Below are positions 1 through 7,219 of a stretch of DNA of 36,028 nt, piece by piece. The stretch is taken from the NCBI GenBank assembly GCA_051747805.1, contig JBNJGP010000020.1:1-36028 (forward strand), in the 5' to 3' direction. This DNA comes from Candidatus Muiribacteriota bacterium (GTDB lineage Bacteria > Muiribacteriota > Muiribacteriia > Muiribacteriales > Muiribacteriaceae). Numbering within the stretch: the first letter of the stretch is position 1; the number at the start of each line of letters is the position of its first letter. The notes beneath the pieces are model-generated. The model was not told the DNA's origin, searched no databases, and was given only the letters and a program-made list of their open reading frames with translations. The translations under genes were made by a program, and so were the position numbers.

Positions 1-668
1 GCAAAATTTTCATTATCGGTTACAAACATTCCACCACCACCGGTAGTAATTATTTTGTTACCATTAAATGAAAAACATCCAATGTCTCCAATTGTACCTG
101 TTTTTTTACCTTTAAACTTTCCATTTTTATAATAACTACCTAATGATTCGGTTGAATCTTCGATAATTTTTAAATTATACTTTTCTTTTAATTCTATTAA
201 TGGTTCAATATTAAGAGGGTGTCCAAATATATGAACTGGCATAATTGCTTTTACTTTTCTTTTAGTTTTTTTATTAATTAAAAATTGCCCATCAAAATTA
301 CATTCTTTTTCACAAAATTCTTTTACTTTTTCTACATCAATATTAAGATAATCATCGCAATCCATAAATACAGGTTCTGCTCCTACATATTTAATTGTGT
401 TAATTGGAGCAATAAATGTTAAAGTTGGGACTATTACCTCATTATCACGTCCTACTCCGGATAATATAAGAGCAATATGTAAAGCTGCTGTTCCACTTGA
501 ACACGCCACCGCGTATTTAGCTCCTGTATAATCTGCTATGTCTTTTTCAAATTTATTTACATAAGTTCCAGCTGTTGAAACCCATTCAGTTTCAATACAT
601 TCAGTAACGTATTTTAATTCATTACCGTTGAAGGAAGGGACGGAGAGGGGAATAAAATTTTGATTCAT
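1..668 (-). CDS. legC: LegC-family DegT/DnrJ/EryC1/StrS PLP aminotransferase (3' end runs off the window)
   Basis: Not in the ORF track; translated by hand from ATG at 668 with GGAGG SD at ~676-680: MNQNFIPLSVPSFNGNELKYVTECIETEWVSTAG...CSSGTAALH...IMPVHIFG...IEDSTESLG...FSFNGNKIITTGGGGM. Lies downstream of a legB-like gene. Confidence 0.85.
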   Translation of the reverse strand, partial: MNQNFIPLSVPSFNGNELKYVTECIETEWVSTAGTYVNKFEKDIADYTGAKYAVACSSGTAALHIALILSGVGRDNEVIVPTLTFIAPINTIKYVGAEPVFMDCDDYLNIDVEKVKEFCEKECNFDGQFLINKKTKRKVKAIMPVHIFGHPLNIEPLIELKEKYNLKIIEDSTESLGSYYKNGKFKGKKTGTIGDIGCFSFNGNKIITTGGGGMFVTDNENF

Positions 669-691
669 AAACTTTCCTCCAAAATTTTATT

Positions 692-817
692 CCGTGAAAA
701 GTAAAAAGTGAGAGGTGAGGTTAGAGCAAAGGGCCGTAAGAAGTGAGAGGTGAAATGTGAGGTTAATGCAAAGTGCCGTGAGATGTGAGATGTGAAATGT
801 GAGGTTAGAGCAAAGGG
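692..817 (+). repeat. 3 x 42-bp tandem repeat built from GT(G/A)A(G/A)AN heptamers
   Basis: Units 692-733, 734-775 and 776-817. Each is CC + three heptamers + GTGAG + a GTTAGAGCAAAGGG-like tail. Confidence 0.92.
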
Positions 818-937
818 GCATGACAAGAAATTATTAAAAATACATAACCAAAATTTTATAAATTTCAATATTTTATCTTTTAATATTAAAACAGCTAAAA
901 AATTTTGACTTTTTTGTATATTCAAATCATCCACCTT

Positions 938-1306
938 TTACTTTACTTTATTTTTTAAATATTTAATTAATCCCAATAACAAACTTTTAACTTTTTCTAT
1001 ATCAGAAAAAATTTCAATTAAATCATGATAACCTAAATCTTTACTTAATAAAAGTTGTGTTTCTAATTCTGCTAAAGAACCTAAAGAAACATATAAATGA
1101 TAAATAAACTCTTTATCACCATTTCTTGCTGCTCCTTCTGCTATATTACTAACAACCGAAACTGAAGCTCTTCTAATCTGAGAAGAAATTCCAAATTTTT
1201 CAAATTCTGGAAAGTTATCTACTAATTTATATACTTTAAGAGTAAGATTATAACTTTCTTTCCAAACATCTAAATCTTTATGAGTTTTCAAAGTATATTT
1301 CTCCAT
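938..1306 (-). CDS. Four-helix-bundle protein (23S rRNA IVS protein/S23/Avd-like family)
   Basis: Motifs HKDLDVW, FPEFEKFGISSQIRRASVSVVSNIAEGAAR, SLGSLAELETQL; 122 aa. Confidence 0.92.
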   Translation of the reverse strand: MEKYTLKTHKDLDVWKESYNLTLKVYKLVDNFPEFEKFGISSQIRRASVSVVSNIAEGAARNGDKEFIYHLYVSLGSLAELETQLLLSKDLGYHDLIEIFSDIEKVKSLLLGLIKYLKNKVK

Positions 1307-1346
1307 TACGGATTAAATTATTATAAAAAATATATTGATTCTATTA

Positions 1347-1464
1347 ATCTGACTTCTTTCCTCTCACTTCTCACTTTTTACAGCTTTTCCCACTTACCTC
1401 TTACCTCTAACATCTCACTTCTTTTTTCTTTCCTTCTTACTTCTCACGTCTAACTTGTTACGGA
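1347..1464 (-). repeat. Array of ~15 degenerate heptamers, inverted relative to the 692-817 array
   Basis: Minus strand reads TCC GTAACAA GTTAGAC GTGAGAA GTAAGAA G GAAAGAA AAAAGAA GTGAGAT GTTAGAG GTAAGAG GTAAGTG ... GTAAAAA GTGAGAA GTGAGAG GAAAGAA GTCAGAT. Confidence 0.9.
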
Positions 1465-1466
1465 TC

Positions 1467-2450
1467 TTATATATTATAAATATCTGCTTTGTATTTTTTC
1501 AGGTTTTCAGGCTTTTTGAACCATTCAATTGTTTCTTTTATTCCCTTTTCAAAATTATAATCTGGTTTCCAGTTGGTTAATTTTTTGATTTTTTCATTTG
1601 AGCCGTATAATCTTTCTACTTCACTTTTTTCAGGTCTTTTTCTAATATCTTCAGTAATAATTTTTGCTTCAGGATTAATAAGTTTAATAAGTAATTCTGC
1701 AAGTTCTTTTATTGATATTTCCTGCTGCATTGCTATATTAACTTCTTCACCTATAGTCTTTTCAGATAATCCAATTTCATAAAAACCTTTTGCTGTGTCT
1801 TTTACATATGTGAAATCTCTGGTGGGATGAAGTGATCCTAATTTAATTTCTTTTTTACCAGATAAAAGCTGAGTAATTATTGTTGGAATAATTGCTCTGG
1901 CAGATTGTCTTGGTCCAAAAGTATTAAACGGTCTTACAATTGAAACTGGTAAATTAAAACTTCTATAAAACGAGTCTGAAATTGCATCAGCACCTATTTT
2001 TGTAGCAGAATACGGGGATTGCCCTTGTTTAGGATGTTTTTCATCTATTGGAATATATTGAGCAGTTCCATAAGTTTCAGATGTAGAAGTTATTAGAACT
2101 CTTTTAACATTAAAATCTCTTGCCGCCTGTAAAATATTTAACGTGCCTTTAATATTTGTATCAACATAACTGTCAGGAGAATGATATGAAAATGGTATTG
2201 CAATAAGAGCAGCTAAATGATAAACGATATCAACGTTTTTCATTGCTTCTCTAACACCGTTAGGATCTCTAACATCTCCAGAAAAAATTTCAATTTTATT
2301 TAATTTTTCTTTTGATAATGTATCCAACCATCCCCATGAATTAAACGAATTATAAAAAGTGAATGCCTTAATTTCAAATCCTTTATCTAATAAAAATTCC
2401 GTAAGATGACTTCCAATAAAACCATCAGCACCTGTAATAAGTGTTTTCAT
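1467..2450 (-). CDS. legB: NAD-dependent nucleotide-sugar 4,6-dehydratase, LegB family
   Basis: TGADGFIGSH Rossmann motif, YNSFNSWGWLD, HLAALIAIPFSY, YSATK, RPFNTFGPRQSARA. Confidence 0.88.
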   Translation of the reverse strand: MKTLITGADGFIGSHLTEFLLDKGFEIKAFTFYNSFNSWGWLDTLSKEKLNKIEIFSGDVRDPNGVREAMKNVDIVYHLAALIAIPFSYHSPDSYVDTNIKGTLNILQAARDFNVKRVLITSTSETYGTAQYIPIDEKHPKQGQSPYSATKIGADAISDSFYRSFNLPVSIVRPFNTFGPRQSARAIIPTIITQLLSGKKEIKLGSLHPTRDFTYVKDTAKGFYEIGLSEKTIGEEVNIAMQQEISIKELAELLIKLINPEAKIITEDIRKRPEKSEVERLYGSNEKIKKLTNWKPDYNFEKGIKETIEWFKKPENLKKYKADIYNI

Positions 2451-3853
2451 AGTAGTTTTAATTCCTTCTCTTTAAAAAGTTTTAAATATAGTAACAAAAA
2501 TATTAAAAATATTAAAATTAACCTTATTATTAACAAATTCTGAAACAACATAAAAATTCCTGTTATAATAACTAAATAAAAAAGTGATTTTAAATGAAAA
2601 AAGAATCCAAATATATTTTTCTTTAAAAAAAACCTTGTTATTAAAAAGTGAAAAAAGAATAGAAAAAAGTAAGAAATTACAGTTGTAATAGCGGCGGCTT
2701 CATAACCGTATTTAGGGATAAAAATAATATTTAGCCCTATATTTATTAAAGCAGACAAAACAGTACCTACTGCCATCATATTGTTTTTTTTCATTGCCAT
2801 CTCTACATTGACCTCAAACGTATACATATATTGCAAATAATAAGCCATAAAAATCCAAGGAATAATATGCAGACCTTTCCAATATGACTGGTCTGCCATT
2901 AATCGAATTAATTCAGGAGACACAAACAAAATGCAGGAATATATTAAAGTAAATATATTTCGGTAACTTAATGCCCTTTTTTTTATTAATAATAAATTTT
3001 TCTCATTTATTTTTTCAAAAAACCATGGCACCCAGGCTGCATTAAAAGAACTAATCAGTACAATTACAATCATACCAACATTATAAGCAAAGCTATAAAT
3101 TCCAGTAGCAGACTCTCCTATGTATTTATTAATTAAAATTCTATCAAACTGAACATTAATAATTTGTGATAAAGAATGAAAAACAACTGGCAGCCCTAAA
3201 ATCAAAGAATATTTCCAGTATTTTAAGTTTATTAAAGTTTTACCATAGAAAAAAATATAAAACAGAAAAATTGCACCAGAAACAATATATAATGAGCCTT
3301 TTCCTAAAATTGCACCAAAATACGGATTATTTGAATATACATTTAAAATCAAATAAACAGAAAAAATTATTCCTGTTATTACAGTTACGATACTAATAAA
3401 AGCAACTTGTTTGTATTTGTATTCAAACCTTAATTTTGAAATTAAAAAATTTTTTATTCCCATAAAATAGGCTTGAAATAGCATAAAAAAGAATAAAAAT
3501 TCAGTTAATCCGGTAATTTTAATAAAAGTTTCACTAAATGAAAAAAAAATTATAAAAAAAATTGCAAAAATAATAATAGATAAAAAAGTGACACTTGAGA
3601 CAAATTGATTATAAGAATTTTTAAAATCCGTCTTTGCTATTCCAATTGAACCTCTTAAACTGATTGAGAAAAAAATCACAAATATTGCAACCCAGGTATG
3701 ATAAAGGGATACTATTCCATAATCACTTGTAGAAAGAAGTCTAGTAAATATTGGTATTGTAAGGAAAGTTATTCCTTTAAGAAAAAATTCACTCAGAGTA
3801 TACCAGCTGCCGGCTTTTACAACTTTATGATTTAAAAAATCTTTGATTTTTAT
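2447..3853 (-). CDS. wzx: Wzx-type oligosaccharide flippase (probable ATA start, ~468 aa)
   Basis: Multi-TM MOP-family protein (FDRILINKYIG, GIYSFAY, IPKYGYEAAA). The frame is open 58 codons above the GTG at 3679 and encodes a typical Wzx N-terminus (KGITFLTIPIFTRLLSTSDYG); GGAGGG SD at 3863-3858. Confidence 0.82.
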   Translation of the reverse strand: MKIKDFLNHKVVKAGSWYTLSEFFLKGITFLTIPIFTRLLSTSDYGIVSLYHTWVAIFVIFFSISLRGSIGIAKTDFKNSYNQFVSSVTFLSIIIFAIFFIIFFSFSETFIKITGLTEFLFFFMLFQAYFMGIKNFLISKLRFEYKYKQVAFISIVTVITGIIFSVYLILNVYSNNPYFGAILGKGSLYIVSGAIFLFYIFFYGKTLINLKYWKYSLILGLPVVFHSLSQIINVQFDRILINKYIGESATGIYSFAYNVGMIVIVLISSFNAAWVPWFFEKINEKNLLLIKKRALSYRNIFTLIYSCILFVSPELIRLMADQSYWKGLHIIPWIFMAYYLQYMYTFEVNVEMAMKKNNMMAVGTVLSALINIGLNIIFIPKYGYEAAAITTVISYFFLFFFHFLITRFFLKKNIFGFFFHLKSLFYLVIITGIFMLFQNLLIIRLILIFLIFLLLYLKLFKEKELKLL

Positions 3854-3880
3854 TTTTCCCTCCAGTCTGAAAACAGATTT

Positions 3881-4738
3881 TTAATTAAATTTTTTGGAAA
3901 TAACTGAAAGGTTTTTTTTTGCTTTTTCAAAATCTGGCTTTAACTTTAAGGCTTTTTCCCAGCACTCCTGGGCATTACCCACATCGTGATTTTTTATATA
4001 ATAAACAGCCAGGTTATGAAAGGCCTTATAATATTGTGAATCAACTTTTAATGCTATTAAAGCATTTTCCATTGCTTTTTTTAAATCTTTTTTATAATAA
4101 TAACATTTTGATAAAGTATTAAATAATTCCGGAGTTTTAAAATCCTTTTTATCAGTCAACTTGCTTAAGATATCCAGCGCTTTTTCATATTTTTCAATTG
4201 AAAAAAAAGTTAATCCTTCATTATAATAAGCCCGCTCCTGATATAACTTTTTTAAGTCAAAAAGCATGAAATATTCGGCCAGACTTTTAAGAACATTAAA
4301 ATATTTATCATATGTATATGTTTTCAGAGATATTTCTATATAAGAATTATACTGTTTATATGTTTCATTTACCACTGATTCATAAAGCTCTTTACAAGTT
4401 TCTGGCAAAAAACACATTTCAAGATAATATATATTTTTAATTTTTTCTTCTTCAAAAAGCATATTGAACTTTTCAAAAGATTTAAAAAAATGAGAAAACT
4501 GTTCTTCTTCGTCAAAGGTCAGTATTTTATAAGAAGTCTCTTTCTGTGATTTATATGTCAACTTTGAAGATATTTCAAGTTTTTTTTCAATTAAACCCAG
4601 GGGAAAAATAAATGGTATTGTAATTTTATTTTCAACACTTTTTTCTACTTGAATATGCTGAGTTAAATAAACATTTTTTATTTGATTATTTTTTAAATAA
4701 ATAGTTTCTTCATTTTCAAATTTTTTATTAAGTTTCAT
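3881..4738 (-). CDS. Tetratricopeptide repeat protein
   Basis: C-terminal TPR-like helices (AYYNEG, LFNTLSKCYY, AFHNLAVYY...WEKALKLKPDFEKAKKNL). Confidence 0.75.
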   Translation of the reverse strand: MKLNKKFENEETIYLKNNQIKNVYLTQHIQVEKSVENKITIPFIFPLGLIEKKLEISSKLTYKSQKETSYKILTFDEEEQFSHFFKSFEKFNMLFEEEKIKNIYYLEMCFLPETCKELYESVVNETYKQYNSYIEISLKTYTYDKYFNVLKSLAEYFMLFDLKKLYQERAYYNEGLTFFSIEKYEKALDILSKLTDKKDFKTPELFNTLSKCYYYKKDLKKAMENALIALKVDSQYYKAFHNLAVYYIKNHDVGNAQECWEKALKLKPDFEKAKKNLSVISKKFN

Positions 4739-4791
4739 AAATAACCCCTGGTACAGGCAAAGAAATACCTTTCATTTTTCTAATAAGATTT

Positions 4792-6249
4792 TTAATATCC
4801 CTGAGACATTGCCTTTCTCTGATCATTTTCATAAAGCTGTTTATAATGAAAACCACGATCTTTAAGTGTTTTTTTCACTTCTTCGGGAAAAGGCATATGA
4901 AGCCAGAAAATCTGTCTTACTTCTTTATCGACTTTCTGCATACCCTGACTTTCATATTTAATCCATAAAATATAATTTTCAATGAAGCTATCTTTTAAAT
5001 CAGTATTAAACTTAACTTTTTTTCCTTTTTTCTTATCGGCTTTCCAAGCTTCATGTATCTCATAATAACGACCGGTCAATCCCTCATTCATCCATCTGAA
5101 GCCCGCAACTTCTTTCATTTTCTGCCATCTATAATCAGCTAAAGCTCTTATCACAATCTGTTCCTCATCTACTGCCGGAAAAAGAGGAATAGCTATTTTA
5201 CCTCTACCAGTTTCACGATTTTGTTTAGGTATTGCCTCCCAGCAGACACCTCTTTTACCATAAACTGGTGCAAGTAATGTAAAAGGAGGATTATTTGAAT
5301 CAATTCCCAGAAATTTTCTAAAAAATATATCAGGATCAAGAAACTGAATTTTTTCAATATATTCCTTAACTCTATCTCTATCAAGTAAATTAACAGGGAA
5401 ATACGGATCATAAAGAATTGGAAACTCGTTTCCCTGTCTGCCAATACACATTTTTCCCATTTGTTTAATTGATTTATATTCTTCAACAACTAAGCTGCTT
5501 TCCTGATCTTTAACTTTTTCAAGATCTTCAGCAGAGACATCGCCTTTTAATGAATTAATTGTTTTTGCCGCCATTTTCATTTGATTTAAAAGACCGCTGA
5601 TTCTTTTATTTACAGCTGTCAGTTTAGGCATTAATTCAAGTATTTTAGATATATCAGACTCATTTTTTATTTTATTTTCAAAATTGACACTTTCTAAATC
5701 ATCTTTTGTAATAAGTGTTGAGATAATTTTTTTCCAGTGTTTTTGTATGGTTGTTATATAACTCTGCCTGAGAACAACTATTTTTTCAAGATTTCTTTTT
5801 TCATTAGAATGTTTATCTAAAAATTCTTTCATTTTTTCAGCCGGATTTTGTGTTTTTTTCATTTTTGTTAAATCATCTCCGGCACTGGAGGGTATTTCAT
5901 CATAATTCACCAAATTAATCCATTCATCAACATATAAAACTGGATAATCAACTCCCTCTATTGATTTAAGCTCAGAGACATCGAAGTTTTTGACTTTATT
6001 AATATTTTCTCCGGAAATAAAATCCTCAAGCACACAGTACCGAAGAAAGAATTTTATATCTTCTTCTTCTTCGCCAGCAAAGTTAACAAGTAATTTTCTG
6101 TAAATTTCAAGAAATATACTACTTAATTTAGCTTTCTGCTCTTTATCCTGATTATTTTCTAAAAATTCATTAAGTGTTTCAAGAAATTTTTCGGCTAATT
6201 CAGGATCAACTCTTGAAAGAACTGTTTTTTTAAGGTTTTTATACTCCAT
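4792..6249 (-). CDS. Hypothetical protein with central coiled coil
   Basis: Long ORF. Start moved to ATG 6249 (MEYKN) because GAGGTGG precedes it. Confidence 0.75.
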   Translation of the reverse strand: MEYKNLKKTVLSRVDPELAEKFLETLNEFLENNQDKEQKAKLSSIFLEIYRKLLVNFAGEEEEDIKFFLRYCVLEDFISGENINKVKNFDVSELKSIEGVDYPVLYVDEWINLVNYDEIPSSAGDDLTKMKKTQNPAEKMKEFLDKHSNEKRNLEKIVVLRQSYITTIQKHWKKIISTLITKDDLESVNFENKIKNESDISKILELMPKLTAVNKRISGLLNQMKMAAKTINSLKGDVSAEDLEKVKDQESSLVVEEYKSIKQMGKMCIGRQGNEFPILYDPYFPVNLLDRDRVKEYIEKIQFLDPDIFFRKFLGIDSNNPPFTLLAPVYGKRGVCWEAIPKQNRETGRGKIAIPLFPAVDEEQIVIRALADYRWQKMKEVAGFRWMNEGLTGRYYEIHEAWKADKKKGKKVKFNTDLKDSFIENYILWIKYESQGMQKVDKEVRQIFWLHMPFPEEVKKTLKDRGFHYKQLYENDQRKAMSQGY

Positions 6250-6276
6250 TACCACCTCTATACTAAATTTTGTCAT

Positions 6277-6305
6277 ATATTAACAAATTTTTTGCTTCTT
6301 GGCAA
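6277..6305 (-). promoter_or_regulatory. Putative sigma70 promoter for the 6249 gene
   Basis: TTGCCA (6305-6300), 17-nt spacer ending in TGn, TAATAT (6282-6277). Confidence 0.5.
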
Positions 6306-6339
6306 CTTTAAATAAAGCGAGTGGTCAGGCCGAGAAGAG

Positions 6340-6391
6340 CCGTGAGAGGTGAAAGGTGAAAAGTGAGAAGTAAGAAGCCGATGAGAGGCGA
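6340..6391 (+). repeat. Solo heptamer array of the same family
   Basis: CC GTGAGAG GTGAAAG GTGAAAA GTGAGAA GTAAGAA GCCG ATGAGAG; same CCGT start as the arrays at 692 and 1464. Confidence 0.8.
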
Positions 6392-6463
6392 CAAAAACCA
6401 GAGGTTAAAATTTATTACGAAACAAAATCTTATTGAGATTTACTGGCTTATACCCTCTAATTT

Positions 6464-6491
6464 TTGACTTTTTTTAAAATTGTGCTAAAAT
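6464..6491 (+). promoter_or_regulatory. sigma70 promoter for tRNA-Pro
   Basis: TTGACT (6464-6469), 16-nt spacer ending in TGn, TAAAAT (6486-6491), 8 nt before the tRNA. Confidence 0.65.
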
Positions 6492-6499
6492 ATTTTCGT

Positions 6500-6576
6500 C
6501 GGGGAGTGGCGCAGTTGGCTAGCGTACTTGCATGGGGTGCAAGAGGTCGCAAGTTCAAGTCTTGTCTCCCCGACCA
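6500..6576 (+). tRNA. tRNA-Pro(GGG)
   Basis: Acceptor stem CGGGGAG/CTCCCCG plus ACCA; anticodon arm CTTGC-ATGGGGT-GCAAG; T-loop GTTCAAG; 77 nt. Confidence 0.97.
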
Positions 6577-6618
6577 TATTACATTATATTAAAAGTTCTT
6601 TCTTTTTTTTTAGTTTTA

Positions 6619-6647
6619 TTGAATTTTATTTTTATTTATTTTATAAT
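6619..6647 (+). promoter_or_regulatory. sigma70 promoter for the HU-like gene
   Basis: TTGAAT-17-TATAAT; GAGGAGG SD before ATG 6683. Confidence 0.55.
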
Positions 6648-6682
6648 TGTTTGTAAAGTAGTTTATAAACCGAGGAGGAAAA

Positions 6683-6949
6683 ATGACCAAAAAAGAACTA
6701 ATTAAAAAAATCTCTAAAAGATTAGGCTATACTCAGGATACCGTTGGTAGAGTTTATGACGAAACAGTTATTGTACTTCTTGAAGAAATAAAGGAAAAAA
6801 ACAGAGTTAATATACCATATATTGGAACGCTTATTCTTACTAAAACAAGTCCCCGGAAATATGTTCTTCCTGATGGAACTGCTGGAAAAAGCAAACCTAG
6901 AAAAACTGTAAAAATCAAACCATCATCCAGGTTATTAAAGAAAATATAA
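6683..6949 (+). CDS. HU/IHF-family DNA-binding protein (divergent)
   Basis: MTKKELIKKIS start, 88 aa, basic, VKIKPSSRL C-terminus; strong SD. Confidence 0.8.
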   Translation: MTKKELIKKISKRLGYTQDTVGRVYDETVIVLLEEIKEKNRVNIPYIGTLILTKTSPRKYVLPDGTAGKSKPRKTVKIKPSSRLLKKI

Positions 6950-6960
6950 TTTTAAAACAG

Positions 6961-7087
6961 CACCAATTCTCAATTTAGCCGAAAATCCTTTAGTGGTCAG
7001 GCCTACACACTTTGTTTTTTCCAAAAGTGATGTCGGCGCTGACCCAATCAAATCAAGGATTTTCTCTATTTTCATTGAGAATTGCTG
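6961..7087. mobile_element. 127-bp MITE-like element with 14-bp TIRs and 9-bp TSD
   Basis: Left end CACCAATTCTCAAT vs reverse complement of right end CAGCAATTCTCAAT (13/14). TTAAAACAG is directly repeated at 6952-6960 and 7088-7096. A second, partial copy lies at 26670. Confidence 0.8.
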
Positions 7088-7127
7088 TTAAAACAGGTAA
7101 GTGGTTTTTTATTAATATTTATTTTTG

Positions 7128-7181
7128 ATTTCTCCGATAATTAAATAGAATAACAGTATATTATAATTTTATCGGAGAAAT
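7128..7181. repeat. Perfect 13-bp inverted repeat (possible terminator or SD-sequestering hairpin)
   Basis: ATTTCTCCGATAA (7128-7140) / TTATCGGAGAAAT (7169-7181), 28-nt loop, between convergent genes. Confidence 0.7.
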
Positions 7182-7219
7182 TTTATGAAAAAACTAATTA
7201 ATTTTGTTACAGATTTGAG

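Noticed and set aside
692..817. Possible CRISPR array
   Set aside because: The variable parts are themselves heptamer repeats, the period is only 42 bp, and there are no cas genes.
665..934. 89-aa minus-strand ORF with repeated FALTSHFTSH
   Set aside because: It is a translation of the 42-bp DNA repeat (a multiple of 3, so the frame stays open); no convincing SD or domain. Translation cannot be fully excluded.
938..1306. Diversity-generating retroelement
   Set aside because: An Avd-like gene is present, but there is no reverse transcriptase and no TR/VR pair was seen in the window.
3541..3571. Homopolymer runs in wzx as phase-variation tracts
   Set aside because: A/T runs of 8-9 are common throughout this AT-rich window and the frame is intact.
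6500..6576. tRNA as a prophage or island integration site
   Set aside because: No integrase and no duplicated tRNA 3' end were found in the window.
6961..7087. 6S RNA or SRP RNA
   Set aside because: It is rod-like, but the TIRs, perfect 9-bp TSD and second partial copy fit a MITE better; no SRP GGAA-loop motif is seen. An Rfam scan would settle it.
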